Source of the DNA: a virus
Taxonomy: Duplodnaviria; Caudoviricetes
Length of the DNA stretch: 64,000 nucleotides
Direction: 5' to 3' (one strand)
IMG/VR virus record: IMGVR_UViG_3300028603_000017
Span: 128,001-192,000 of that record
The position numbers and the translations under genes are program-made. The notes below the pieces were generated by a model. The model did not search any database. It was not told the DNA's origin and saw only the letters and a list, made by a program, of their open reading frames with translations. Shown here piece by piece: positions 32,381 to 42,086 of the stretch (position 1 is the stretch's first letter; every line of letters begins with the position of its first letter).

Positions 32381-33029
32381 TATCTTAGTTGCCAATAGTC
32401 ACATCATCCTGTCTTTAGGAGAAGTAGCTAGTTTCATAGAGAGAAAATATGCTAAGGTAATAAAACCTTATGCCAAAGGTATTTATAAGATCGGTGAGAG
32501 ATATCCGTCTGTGGTCAGCGATGTAACTTATTTTGTTAAGGATACGCAAGATCATAATAAAGTTGAACAATTAACAGATATATCCAGTTTAACGGATACT
32601 AGTTATATTGTTGATGAAAATAACTCTGTCGTTATAGATAATTTCTATATTAAGAACAGAGACTCAGCTTTATCTATGTCTCCATCTTTACCTATTCATG
32701 GGTATGAAATAGCCAAACAAGCTATTGCTCACTACATAGGAAAAAGAAATCCCTATACAAGAGATGCTAGTACAGCTTTAAACCATATTAGCAAACTCCT
32801 GATAGATGGCATCGACCATCAAGATGCTATTACCTTTATTCTAGACGAATGTGTATTTACGCCTGTGTATATGCAGATCGATAGTTTTATAGGTAAAGAT
32901 ATCTATCATGTGTATTTTTATAAAACAGTTAGTATTTGCGATTTGGTCATTGAAAAAACCATTGACTGGAGAGCATACCAATGGCACTTAAACCAACAAG
33001 ATCAAGACAGTGAGCATCATTATCCTTGA
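32355..33029 (+). CDS. Hypothetical protein
   Basis: 224 aa, ends ...IEKTIDWRAYQW. Confidence 0.75.
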   Translation: MSQFTSLSDILVANSHIILSLGEVASFIERKYAKVIKPYAKGIYKIGERYPSVVSDVTYFVKDTQDHNKVEQLTDISSLTDTSYIVDENNSVVIDNFYIKNRDSALSMSPSLPIHGYEIAKQAIAHYIGKRNPYTRDASTALNHISKLLIDGIDHQDAITFILDECVFTPVYMQIDSFIGKDIYHVYFYKTVSICDLVIEKTIDWRAYQWHLNQQDQDSEHHYP

Positions 33030-33462
33030 ACTTGAAAATTGTAGATCCAGATTTGAGAGCATAGTGAGGTCTTTAATTCAAGCAAAGGGTCTACAGTTTT
33101 CTGTAATTGATACATCTAAGATAGATTTAATTTACAATGAGATAGCACAACTGCTTACTAACAATATCTTAGAATCAATTAAAAATAAGAGTCTTAGCTA
33201 CACGATGCTAGACTCTGCCACAGCCAGTATTGACATTACATCTGTTGTCGATAGATTTAACTACCATTTGTTTAGTGAGTATTCGATAGATATCTCATTT
33301 GACTCTTTGTATCAGATGGTGTCAAATATTGAGATGTCTGTGATAAATGATATTGTTTATCATTTACCCAATATCGATAATAATGATTTAGAGATCGTAT
33401 CTCACCACTTTGAGCCTATTAACAACTTAGTAATTGAATACAATAATGTTGTTACTGCTTGA
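33010..33462 (+). CDS. Hypothetical protein (small-ORF array member)
   Basis: 150 aa, overlaps its neighbours. Confidence 0.72.
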   Translation: MSIIILELENCRSRFESIVRSLIQAKGLQFSVIDTSKIDLIYNEIAQLLTNNILESIKNKSLSYTMLDSATASIDITSVVDRFNYHLFSEYSIDISFDSLYQMVSNIEMSVINDIVYHLPNIDNNDLEIVSHHFEPINNLVIEYNNVVTA

Positions 33463-33802
33463 CTATAATGAACTCAGATACAATTTCATGGCCTGTAAGC
33501 CTTTGTCAGACCATGTTGAGTTATCTGAGTTCATTGATATCCTACTTAAAAATAGTCCAGATCAAAGCGATAGGTATTTAAAAGCCAATCTTTGGCAAGC
33601 CATAGAGTCATCGACTGCATTTAGCAGCGATGATTTTATTATGTCTGTCAATGACGACTATTTAACAGCTATCGATGTATTGATAGAGACTTATGGTGAT
33701 TTTCTTTTTAACTTCATTAAGCAAAAGTCTGGAATTGATATCTTTGAAAAAAATATTAAAGGTATTCAATTCAATAGCGATAGCTTGATTATTCAACTAT
33801 GA
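33434..33802 (+). CDS. Hypothetical protein (small-ORF array member; likely ATG 33446)
   Basis: About 120-aa acidic ORF. Confidence 0.72.
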   Translation: MNTIMLLLLDYNELRYNFMACKPLSDHVELSEFIDILLKNSPDQSDRYLKANLWQAIESSTAFSSDDFIMSVNDDYLTAIDVLIETYGDFLFNFIKQKSGIDIFEKNIKGIQFNSDSLIIQL

Positions 33803-34209
33803 CAAATGAATTACCTTATCAATATATCGTCGTCAATATTGATAAGTCTTATTCTAAACTCAAGAACTATCTAGAAGTATCTTGGCTACCCACTATTGAT
33901 ATAGAAGCGCTGCTCTCTATTATCTTTACTGTTTTTAGCAGAGTCTCTGAAGTAGAAACAACAACAGACAGAACTATTCAGGAACTACTGCTAGAAACCT
34001 TTGAATTCAAAGACAGCACTTTAGTCACTAACGTAGCATTTTCTCAATATATGACTAAAGTGCTGCAAGATGTTGTGCAAGATATTTATGATGAACTCCT
34101 GCATCAAGGATTCTTAATTTACGAAACATTTCCTTATGAATACCGACGCTCGCTACCAGACGGAAGCGTGGTGCTCGCCAAGATTGTTGATACTGGATCT
34201 ACAGTATGA
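33799..34209 (+). CDS. Hypothetical protein (small-ORF array member)
   Basis: 136 aa, ATGA overlap. Confidence 0.75.
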   Translation: MTNELPYQYIVVNIDKSYSKLKNYLEVSWLPTIDIEALLSIIFTVFSRVSEVETTTDRTIQELLLETFEFKDSTLVTNVAFSQYMTKVLQDVVQDIYDELLHQGFLIYETFPYEYRRSLPDGSVVLAKIVDTGSTV

Positions 34210-34597
34210 TCATATATTGGTAGAGACTCTTCTAAATACCATAAATCCAGACGTTAAGCAAGAAGATATTCTTCTGACTATCTTTGCTGAACTATTATCT
34301 AAAAACAAAGACAAAATAGTAGATACTTATGCTTTTGCTGAATTTGTGGTAGCAATATGTGTAGATTCTCTAGAAATGATGGAGACTTATAAAGAAGAAG
34401 TCTTTATTCTACAAACGATCTTTGCCAATTGTGTTGAAGCTGTTGAGGACACTATATTCCCTTTTAATTTAACGGACTACCAAATGTTTGTAGACTGGGA
34501 TATTGGTCAGATCATGTTAATTCATCCTGAAGCAATAGATCAAATTCAAGAATGTTTTAATAATGCAAGCTACCAACCCATTGTTTCAGCCCAATAA
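34136..34597 (+). CDS. Hypothetical protein (small-ORF array member)
   Basis: 153-aa acidic ORF. Confidence 0.72.
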   Translation: MNTDARYQTEAWCSPRLLILDLQYDHILVETLLNTINPDVKQEDILLTIFAELLSKNKDKIVDTYAFAEFVVAICVDSLEMMETYKEEVFILQTIFANCVEAVEDTIFPFNLTDYQMFVDWDIGQIMLIHPEAIDQIQECFNNASYQPIVSAQ

Positions 34598-34994
34598 ACT
34601 ACCTTTGTCTGAAATTGTTATTATTGAATCCTACGATATCTTTGAGTTATTCAATGCTTTAGAGTTTGAAGTATCTTGGAACTCACAACAAGAAATACTC
34701 AGACAAGCTTTTAAAGTGCTGGATGATCCTCAGCTAAAGTTAGGTACTCCTATTACAACAATAACAATGTCAGCTGGTATTGTTACTCGTTATTTGGTAG
34801 AGGAGTTTTCTATCAATCAAATGGTAGTGCTTAATGATCTGTTTAGGAAAATAATTTTAACGATCTACTTCAGATGTTATGAAAACAAATTGTTTGTAGG
34901 ATCAAATTATCCAACAGTACCAGCTTTTCCTTATTTCCTAGAGAATATAGATTTAGCTGGTTGTGTTCTTAGGTTGGATAGAACATATTTTTAG
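34563..34994 (+). CDS. Hypothetical protein (small-ORF array member)
   Basis: 143-aa ORF. Confidence 0.72.
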   Translation: MQATNPLFQPNKLPLSEIVIIESYDIFELFNALEFEVSWNSQQEILRQAFKVLDDPQLKLGTPITTITMSAGIVTRYLVEEFSINQMVVLNDLFRKIILTIYFRCYENKLFVGSNYPTVPAFPYFLENIDLAGCVLRLDRTYF

Positions 34995-35005
34995 GTTTGA
35001 CATAA

Positions 35006-35392
35006 ATGCTATCCATCAATTCCTATTATTCCTTTAATACCAAGGTACCAGGTATTTTAGGAGAATCATTTAATAATTTAAAATTGGTATCTGTTATGAC
35101 GTATGAGTTAGCTTCTAACTACATCAACGTTGTTTCAATGCATGCCAATATTTATCCAGCTTTACCGCAAGGTATTCCAGATAATCCTGAGAGTTATACT
35201 TATTATCTATTCAAAACAGAATCCAACACCAACGTGGTTTTGGCTGATGTGTGGATTGATGATAATACTATTACAGAAAAAGGCTCTCAATCGATGGTCG
35301 TTGAGATTCCTAGAGTAACCAACTCTGATATTGTCAGACTCAATACTGTTTTGAGAACAATGGGATTTAACTACACTTCTCGTGTGGTGTAA
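35006..35392 (+). CDS. Conserved hypothetical protein (phiKZ gp49-like)
   Basis: 128 aa, HANIYPALPQGIPDNP; precedes the DNA polymerase. Confidence 0.6.
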   Translation: MLSINSYYSFNTKVPGILGESFNNLKLVSVMTYELASNYINVVSMHANIYPALPQGIPDNPESYTYYLFKTESNTNVVLADVWIDDNTITEKGSQSMVVEIPRVTNSDIVRLNTVLRTMGFNYTSRVV

Positions 35393-35414
35393 TAATTTAT
35401 TACTGTATATATTC

Positions 35415-35950
35415 TATGTGAAGTAATCACGAATAACAAAGATGTATCTAAATAACTAGGCTGGAGTAGTGAATAACACTCTGATCTGGTTATTGGATGT
35501 ATCTTTATGCGGTTATTTCCGTCGTTGTTGTGTTGTGAAGAGTCGAACCCTGTGAGTAATAGCGCTTACAGCCATAAATCTCCTTGTGCTTGATGCTTAC
35601 AAGGCTGTAATTGATTGCTATTTACTCACAGGGCTAGACCTAAAAGGTTTCGTAGTGTTGAAGTCGCTGAACCCACATACCTTAGAGCGAGCCCTACTCG
35701 GACTCTATTAATACTTCAACACGTTTTAGGGAGTGAGCAAAGCCGAGGGCGTCGGTTTCAAAGAAAAGTAAATGTTTGACAAAACTCTTTTTCTTTCCTT
35801 TTTCAGGTTTTGTCAAATGGTTCGGGCCATTGGTTGTGGAAGTCAGTGAAGTGATGGTGCTTTTCTTGTTGTTCACGAAACGAAACTAGGTATGTGGTGT
35901 TCTATACAAGCTGGTAGCTATTTCTGTCCAATTGGACAGAAATAGCTACT
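35415..35950 (+). ncRNA. Candidate large structured non-coding RNA
   Basis: 620-nt gap without a credible ORF; many long helices, including G.U pairs on the + strand and crossing (pseudoknot) pairings. See findings. Confidence 0.6.
35914..35949 (+). terminator. Perfect 36-nt palindrome/terminator
   Basis: GTAGCTATTTCTGTCCAATTGGACAGAAATAGCTAC followed by TATG. Confidence 0.75.
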
Positions 35951-36011
35951 ATGCTGCTAATTTTATTTTTTCACCATTATGTTGTGTTAATAGGTAGAAT
36001 TTAAAAAAGTA

Positions 36012-38141
36012 ATGCAAAACCCATTTATTCTCCCAGCAGAGCAATATAAAAGAACAATTGATCCTTTAGGAGACTATTTGAATCAAACAGCACATTACCT
36101 GAATATTTCTACAGGTAAAGCTTTTGATGAATGCAAAGAGTTTGTTAAAAAGAAACTCAAAGACGGCACTTTTCAAATAAAGATTCCACAAGTACAATAC
36201 ATGGAACGTCAAGAAAATGGCGACCGTGTATTGCTCAGAGGATCTTTATTAGGCTATATTCAGCAAACTGTTAAAAATGGTGATGTGATAGCTCCGTCTT
36301 TTACAACATATAAACATGCTGATAAATATGAATCTTTACTAGCTAGCTTCATTGATGGTAACGTAGCCGGTAGATCTAAAGCTAAAAAAGAAGAGTTTGC
36401 TGCTAAAGCTGCTGGTAAAAAAGACTTAGCACAATATAAAAACCTAGAGCAAACAGGCAGAAAGCTATCCAATAATGCTATTTCTGGTGCTCACGTATCA
36501 ACCAGTACGCCATTGGTCAATAAAACAGCTCATTCGTCTTTGACCAGTACATGTAGGGCAACATCTGGATACGGTAATGCCAATAACGAAAAACTCATGA
36601 CTGGCAATAGACATTACTGGAATCCTAATGTTACTTTAAACAATATAGTTTCTATCGTTACCCATACAGACTATGAGCTCTTACAATCTGTCGTAACAAA
36701 ATACAATATCCATCTTCCTACTGTGGAGGATACGATGGATTGTATTCAGTATTCTTCAGATATATATTGGAAAAATGAAGTAGCTATGAACCATATTTAT
36801 GAACTCGTAGCAAAACTCACTCCACTACAAAGAGCTGCTTTTGTTTATACAGGCGATCTTTATCATTTAAGAAAACACAACGATCAGCTCTTAAGAGTAT
36901 TCTTATCTCAGTTATCATCTAAGCACTACGAGATTGATGTAGAAGATACTTTTGATTTTGTTAAGAACTCTAGAGAAGATTATCTTAATTTAGCTCATCA
37001 GATATGTTCTGATGAAATGAGATCCAAAGGTAAAGATTATGTTGCTTTAAAAGGTACTACCAATTTAAAGACACTAGCTGCTACTACCAGAAATATTGAT
37101 TCAGTATTAACCAATTATGCTGATTTAATTAAAGCTATAATGGTTACTGAGAATATGCCTGCATCAGTAGCATATTTTCCTGAATCTGTCAGACGAGCTG
37201 CTCTGATGTCAGATACAGACTCTACTATCTTTACTGTAGAGGAGTGGGTACAATGGTATTGTGGTGATATTGGTTTTAAGCAAGAACATATGTCAATAGC
37301 AGCAAGCTGTATCTTTTTAGCAGCTCAAGCTATCACACATATTCTGGCTATGATGTCAGCTAACTTTAACGTACAGAAAAAACGTCTTTATCAAATTGCG
37401 ATGAAGAACGAATTCAAGTTTGATGTATTTGTACCAACCAATGTAGCCAAACATTATTTTGCCAGTATATCTTGCCAGGAAGGCAATATCTTAGCTGAAT
37501 CTGATGTAGAAATCAAAGGTGTTCACTTAAAGAACTCTAATTCTCCAAAATTCATTACGAGCAAAGCTTCAAAGATGATGGAAGAGATTATGAATACTAT
37601 TATGGATACAGGTAAGATATCTATTCTTAAGTATCTGAAAGAGATTGCTGATATTGAAAGAACTGTTTTTGATTCTATTAAAAATGGTAAACTGGAGTTC
37701 TTTAGATTAGGAGAAATCAAGCAGCCTCAAGCTTATGTCAGAAAACCTGAGGAATCTCCATATGTTTACAATATGCTTTGGGAACAAGTCTTTGCTCCTA
37801 AATATGGTCCAGCTCCTGCATTACCCTATCAAACATTAAGAGTAGCTACTACGATTGATAATCCTACAAAGACCAAGAAGTGGTTAGAGAGTATGGAAGA
37901 TAGAGAATTAGCTGAACGTATGAGAAACTGGTTAGGTGGATTAGGTAAAGTCAATTTACCGAGTTTAATGCTACCGGCAGAGATTACAACAACTAATGGT
38001 ATTCCTAAAGAGATTTTAGATATTATTGATACTAGAAAGATTGTGTATAATTTATGCAAGATTTTCTATTTGATATTAGAGACATTAGGTTTTTATATTT
38101 GTAATGATAATATTACTCGACTAGTATCTGACCAATATTGA
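36012..38141 (+). CDS. Family B DNA polymerase, polymerase-domain subunit (phiKZ gp50-like)
   Basis: KLSNNAISG (motif B-like), SDTDST (motif C), MKNEF, AKHYFA and EIKGVHLK. Confidence 0.88.
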   Translation: MQNPFILPAEQYKRTIDPLGDYLNQTAHYLNISTGKAFDECKEFVKKKLKDGTFQIKIPQVQYMERQENGDRVLLRGSLLGYIQQTVKNGDVIAPSFTTYKHADKYESLLASFIDGNVAGRSKAKKEEFAAKAAGKKDLAQYKNLEQTGRKLSNNAISGAHVSTSTPLVNKTAHSSLTSTCRATSGYGNANNEKLMTGNRHYWNPNVTLNNIVSIVTHTDYELLQSVVTKYNIHLPTVEDTMDCIQYSSDIYWKNEVAMNHIYELVAKLTPLQRAAFVYTGDLYHLRKHNDQLLRVFLSQLSSKHYEIDVEDTFDFVKNSREDYLNLAHQICSDEMRSKGKDYVALKGTTNLKTLAATTRNIDSVLTNYADLIKAIMVTENMPASVAYFPESVRRAALMSDTDSTIFTVEEWVQWYCGDIGFKQEHMSIAASCIFLAAQAITHILAMMSANFNVQKKRLYQIAMKNEFKFDVFVPTNVAKHYFASISCQEGNILAESDVEIKGVHLKNSNSPKFITSKASKMMEEIMNTIMDTGKISILKYLKEIADIERTVFDSIKNGKLEFFRLGEIKQPQAYVRKPEESPYVYNMLWEQVFAPKYGPAPALPYQTLRVATTIDNPTKTKKWLESMEDRELAERMRNWLGGLGKVNLPSLMLPAEITTTNGIPKEILDIIDTRKIVYNLCKIFYLILETLGFYICNDNITRLVSDQY

Positions 38142-38142
38142 T

Positions 38143-38186
38143 GACATATGTAGCTATAGGAGCAATAAGCTCCTATAGCTACTATG
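38143..38186. terminator. Bidirectional terminator
   Basis: GTAGCTATAGGAGC / GCTCCTATAGCTAC with GACATA...TATG flanks, between convergent genes. Confidence 0.8.
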
Positions 38187-39276
38187 ACGCAATTGTACTG
38201 AGAATCTCTTGTATTAAGAGCTTATTTTGTAATTGTGATCTAGAAGATAGAATCATATCCAAAGCTCTATCATTTTCATACAGCTTGAAATACCTCATGA
38301 TCATATTGTTGTTTGTCTTATCTAGCCTATTACCATGATCTTTAGCTATTTTAACTAAAAAGTCTAAAGCTGTTAATCTAGCGACTACGTTAGTCCAAAT
38401 AGATTGTTTGGTAGGAGCGTTATCTGGTAAAACTAAAGCTTTAGCAAAATCTCCAGCAGACGGTACTGGAAATCCTTGTAATATAGCTGAATACTTTCTA
38501 TCAGAGCCTTTATAGTAAGCGATAATGTTAGAATAGATATCGTCTATTCTAGAGCTATAATCTGTTATATGAAATACATGCTTTTTATAACTCAAACCCA
38601 TAGGTGAGTTATTTAAGAGATTATAAGCTCTGTTGAATAAAGCAATGTCCAAATGAGAATCTAACATATTAGGCAATACATACATGTGTATAAATTGCGC
38701 TACTGATTTAGGAGACTCTCCTTTTTCTAATACCTTTAGCTCTTCAAATAAAAAAGATCTAAACTGAACTGCTAATAAAGCAATATTAAGACCTATAACA
38801 GCTGTGCCTGATTCATTACCAATATATTTACCATTAGGCAATAATAGACTTAAATCTGATTTAGGATGGTATATGACTTTAACAGCTGAGAGAGTTTTCC
38901 AATTCTTTTGAGCTTCATATACATCAAAATAATCATCCATAGCCACAATAATCTCATCAATATCTCCACCATAAAAGATATCTCTGAATATATTGCCTCT
39001 ATAAATAGGAGAGGATATTTTTAGACCCATAGCCAAATGAAAGGCTTTGGCATCTATAATGTCTGCAAATCGTTCTAGGTTATAATTAAAAGGAACACCT
39101 AAGTTATTCAGTAGCCTAATGAGTAAATGATTAGACTTTACTGCAAAGGGTCTATCGTAGAAATAGTTCTTTACTTGTTCTAGATTTCTTTTTAAACCAT
39201 TTTCTACGTAAGGCCATCCAGCTGGACTTAGTGCTCCTTGAGTATAACCAATAGGAGAGTTAAATAATTCAATCAT
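38182..39276 (-). CDS. Conserved virion protein (phiKZ gp52-like)
   Basis: 364 aa, between DNA polymerase and chimallin on the opposite strand. Confidence 0.6.
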   Translation of the reverse strand: MIELFNSPIGYTQGALSPAGWPYVENGLKRNLEQVKNYFYDRPFAVKSNHLLIRLLNNLGVPFNYNLERFADIIDAKAFHLAMGLKISSPIYRGNIFRDIFYGGDIDEIIVAMDDYFDVYEAQKNWKTLSAVKVIYHPKSDLSLLLPNGKYIGNESGTAVIGLNIALLAVQFRSFLFEELKVLEKGESPKSVAQFIHMYVLPNMLDSHLDIALFNRAYNLLNNSPMGLSYKKHVFHITDYSSRIDDIYSNIIAYYKGSDRKYSAILQGFPVPSAGDFAKALVLPDNAPTKQSIWTNVVARLTALDFLVKIAKDHGNRLDKTNNNMIMRYFKLYENDRALDMILSSRSQLQNKLLIQEILSTIAS

Positions 39277-39479
39277 AATTAGTTATTTATGTATAACATA
39301 GAATAATCGCTTTATATAAAAGCTAAAAGTAAAAATTTATTTTATATTGCCTATGATATAGATAAAGATCTACGCTTCAATCTTACTCATTAGTGGGTAA
39401 GAGCGTAGAACTTATATCACGGACCTTTGATTTTGTAATGTTAATAAAAACTGTGTTTCAAAAAATCACAGTCACTTAT

Positions 39480-39487
39480 TATATTAC
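39480..39487 (+). promoter_or_regulatory. Putative early promoter TATATTAC upstream of chimallin
   Basis: Exact phiKZ early consensus 67 nt before the ATG. Confidence 0.55.
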
Positions 39488-39553
39488 TGAATCGAAAGCA
39501 ATCGATTCATCAAAGCTTTGATAAACGCAATATTGTAATAAAGGAAACATAGC

Positions 39554-41440
39554 ATGGCTATTCATGACGGCACTTCACAACAAGCCGCACAACCTCAAGC
39601 AGCTACCCAAGCCGCATTTGATGCTCCTCTAGCAGCTACTGCAGCTGCACCTCAATCGCAAGCACAACAACAAAAAATGAACCAAACTTTCTCCTTTCAC
39701 TCCAACAGCGGTATCTTCGGCACGCCTATCGGTCGCACACCTGGCACGGAAGTGCTGGTGAGCCTGCAAGAAAAGCTCACCGAAATCTACAAGCAAGCCA
39801 AGGACAGTTCTTTTGAGTTTGCGCTCTTTCCTCTGGACAAGAACAACGAACAACAGCTGTATTTCTCAGCTCTGGTTGTTCTGGGTTTTGTACGTGGCGA
39901 TCGCAAGAACGCTGCCTACCACACCCTGATTCTGGAAGCTTCCAACGACGATCCAGGCTCTATCCATCAGCAAGTCCAAAACGACATGATCGAAGTGATT
40001 CGTGTTGCTTCGGATGCTTCGGATAACGAACTCAACAAGATCGCTGTGGAAAAGCTGACTCAAGCTTTCCCTGGCGTGCAGCTGTTTAACGCTGACTCTA
40101 TGGTTGTTCCTCGAAAGTTCAACCTGGAAGACAAGACAGCGGTGCACAATTTGGCACTGAACGCTGCTATGGCCAGTACCACGGAGCTGCGCAAGCGCAC
40201 TCCTGGTTATAGCGATCTGAATATGGCTGGCTTTGCTCGTGACTCTAGCCTGGTGGTAACACCTCGCTTTGAAACCAGCACTGTCAAGAACATTGATGAG
40301 CTGCCTCGTCGTCAAGACGTCAAGATCGTGTTTGGCTCTCAACAAGTCAAGCAACAAAACAACCAGTCTCTGAATTCAGGTGATCGTTCTGCTGCTCTGG
40401 CAGAGATCTCTGGCTATATTGACCTGCTGTGGGCTCCGGTTAATCCCGTGGCTCAATACGGTATGATGCCTGTGCCTGGCTATCAGATGCCTGCTCAAAA
40501 GTATGCAGCTAACCTGATCATTACCAACTTCTTCAGCCCTCGCCTGTCGACTCTGGCCGGTGTTCTGCTGGCTCTGACCACCGTCAAGGCTTTCTCCGAT
40601 CAGAACAACTGGTACGGTGCTTTCCGATCCAACGGCGTGCGTAGCAATATGCGCGATATTGGTTATCTGAACATCGAAGCCAATCTGGGTGGTGACCCGA
40701 ACCAGCCTGGCTCTCCTGTGGAAATCTCTATGGATTCCTACGGTGCGGCAGATCTGTATCGTTATCTGAACCAGCTGATCCGTCCGGGTCTGGCTATTTC
40801 GATTGACGTGCCTGAGTCTGGTCCTGAGTCCTGGCTGCTCTCAGTTCTGAGCGTAGCTGCCTCTGGCAGTGAGCACTCTGGTGATGCACAGCGCATGATC
40901 TTCAACGCTGCTCAAACGCTAACCAACGGTAACTTTGCGAATTTCTTCCCGCAAGGTGCATCCATGTTCGACAACGTTGGTAACCCTGTACATCTTGGTT
41001 ACTACGAGTCCGACAAGGATACCTACCGTGATATCCGTGATATCGACTACGTGGCTGTCGCTGCTCTGAGTCGTGATCTGGATAGCATCAAGCGCTGGTC
41101 TGATACCTGGACGGCTACGTCTGTTCCTCTGGGCAAGCGCATGGATACCCGTCAGCGCTTCATCCGTGATCTGACTGGTGGTAAGGCTGTGTTTACTGGT
41201 AAGGCTAACCGCGTTACCTTTAGCGCTGCTTTCATCGATGCTCTGGTCAAGGGCTGCGCGGCTGTGGGTGTTACGCCTCGTCTGGACGCCAATGGTCTGG
41301 GTAATGTGGTGGTGGATCGCGGCACCGCGTCCTTCATCGATCAAGCTCTGGTGGGTCCTGCACCTACTAACTTCTTCAGCTCCGGTATTGTGGGTGGCTA
41401 TACCAATAGCTATGCTCCCAACAACTTCCGTACCTGGTAA
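39554..41440 (+). CDS. chmA: Chimallin, major phage nuclear shell protein (phiKZ gp54-like)
   Basis: 628 aa with an A/Q-rich disordered N-terminus and strongly biased codons; YRDIRDIDY and TGKANRVTF; located between DNA polymerase and nvRNAP beta'-N. Confidence 0.85.
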   Translation: MAIHDGTSQQAAQPQAATQAAFDAPLAATAAAPQSQAQQQKMNQTFSFHSNSGIFGTPIGRTPGTEVLVSLQEKLTEIYKQAKDSSFEFALFPLDKNNEQQLYFSALVVLGFVRGDRKNAAYHTLILEASNDDPGSIHQQVQNDMIEVIRVASDASDNELNKIAVEKLTQAFPGVQLFNADSMVVPRKFNLEDKTAVHNLALNAAMASTTELRKRTPGYSDLNMAGFARDSSLVVTPRFETSTVKNIDELPRRQDVKIVFGSQQVKQQNNQSLNSGDRSAALAEISGYIDLLWAPVNPVAQYGMMPVPGYQMPAQKYAANLIITNFFSPRLSTLAGVLLALTTVKAFSDQNNWYGAFRSNGVRSNMRDIGYLNIEANLGGDPNQPGSPVEISMDSYGAADLYRYLNQLIRPGLAISIDVPESGPESWLLSVLSVAASGSEHSGDAQRMIFNAAQTLTNGNFANFFPQGASMFDNVGNPVHLGYYESDKDTYRDIRDIDYVAVAALSRDLDSIKRWSDTWTATSVPLGKRMDTRQRFIRDLTGGKAVFTGKANRVTFSAAFIDALVKGCAAVGVTPRLDANGLGNVVVDRGTASFIDQALVGPAPTNFFSSGIVGGYTNSYAPNNFRTW

Positions 41441-41470
41441 GTCAATAAAGCTCTCGTAGCTAACTAATAG

Positions 41471-41506
41471 TAATTCCCAGGAGTGTAAAAGCTCCTGGGA
41501 ATTATG
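41471..41506 (+). terminator. Terminator after chimallin
   Basis: TAATTCCCAGGAG / CTCCTGGGAATTA, then TG TCC and a T-tract. Confidence 0.82.
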
Positions 41507-41532
41507 TCCTCTTTTCTTTTATTTGATTAATT

Positions 41533-42012
41533 ATGATTGAAATAGAACAAAAATACTTAGACGCTATCAATCAAGACACTAAATCTGAATTTACATTACA
41601 AACAGCCGTAAAGTTGTTTGTAAGACTAATGTCTTTAGAAAATTCACACTATGTTGTTCCTGTAGCTAGAATAAATACTCAACTAAAACTAAGTAATGAA
41701 GAAATAGCTTATGTTTTGGAAGTATCTGAGAAAGTAGAAGAACACAATTTGTTTGCTTACTATATAGCCAATGAATTTGAATTTGATAATCCTGGTATTA
41801 TAGAAAAATTAATTATCAATACTTTTAAACATAAAGAAGATAATAAACAAATAAAGAGCTTTTTACAATTTATCTTTACTTTGTTTTGCTTAGGTATTTA
41901 TCAGATTCCTGGTAAGGATATAGATGCTGTATTTAAAGAATATAAGATTTGGATCCTAAGACAACTCGGTATGACTGAAGAAGTATCGCCTAAGATTATC
42001 TTACCTAACTGA
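41533..42012 (+). CDS. Hypothetical protein (159 aa)
   Basis: AT-rich ORF between chimallin and nvRNAP beta'-N. Confidence 0.72.
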   Translation: MIEIEQKYLDAINQDTKSEFTLQTAVKLFVRLMSLENSHYVVPVARINTQLKLSNEEIAYVLEVSEKVEEHNLFAYYIANEFEFDNPGIIEKLIINTFKHKEDNKQIKSFLQFIFTLFCLGIYQIPGKDIDAVFKEYKIWILRQLGMTEEVSPKIILPN

Positions 42013-42086
42013 AATAATTACAGCAACATATAATCCATATAGAGCCTAATCCTGGGCTCTGAAATAAGGAAAAAAGGATAAAAGAA

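Noticed and set aside
35694-35876. 60-aa minus ORF, or tmRNA/RNase P/tRNA identity for the structured region
   Set aside because: GTG start without convincing coding signal; no tRNA-like acceptor or T-arm ends, no RNase P P4 signature and no group I P/Q/R/S core seen.
38138-38338. 66-aa + strand ORF after DNA polymerase
   Set aside because: It runs through a terminator and is antisense to the 364-aa gene.
39629-41459. Long antisense and alternative-frame ORFs over chimallin (also over sheath and tube)
   Set aside because: Expected by-product of biased codon usage; no RBS or motifs.
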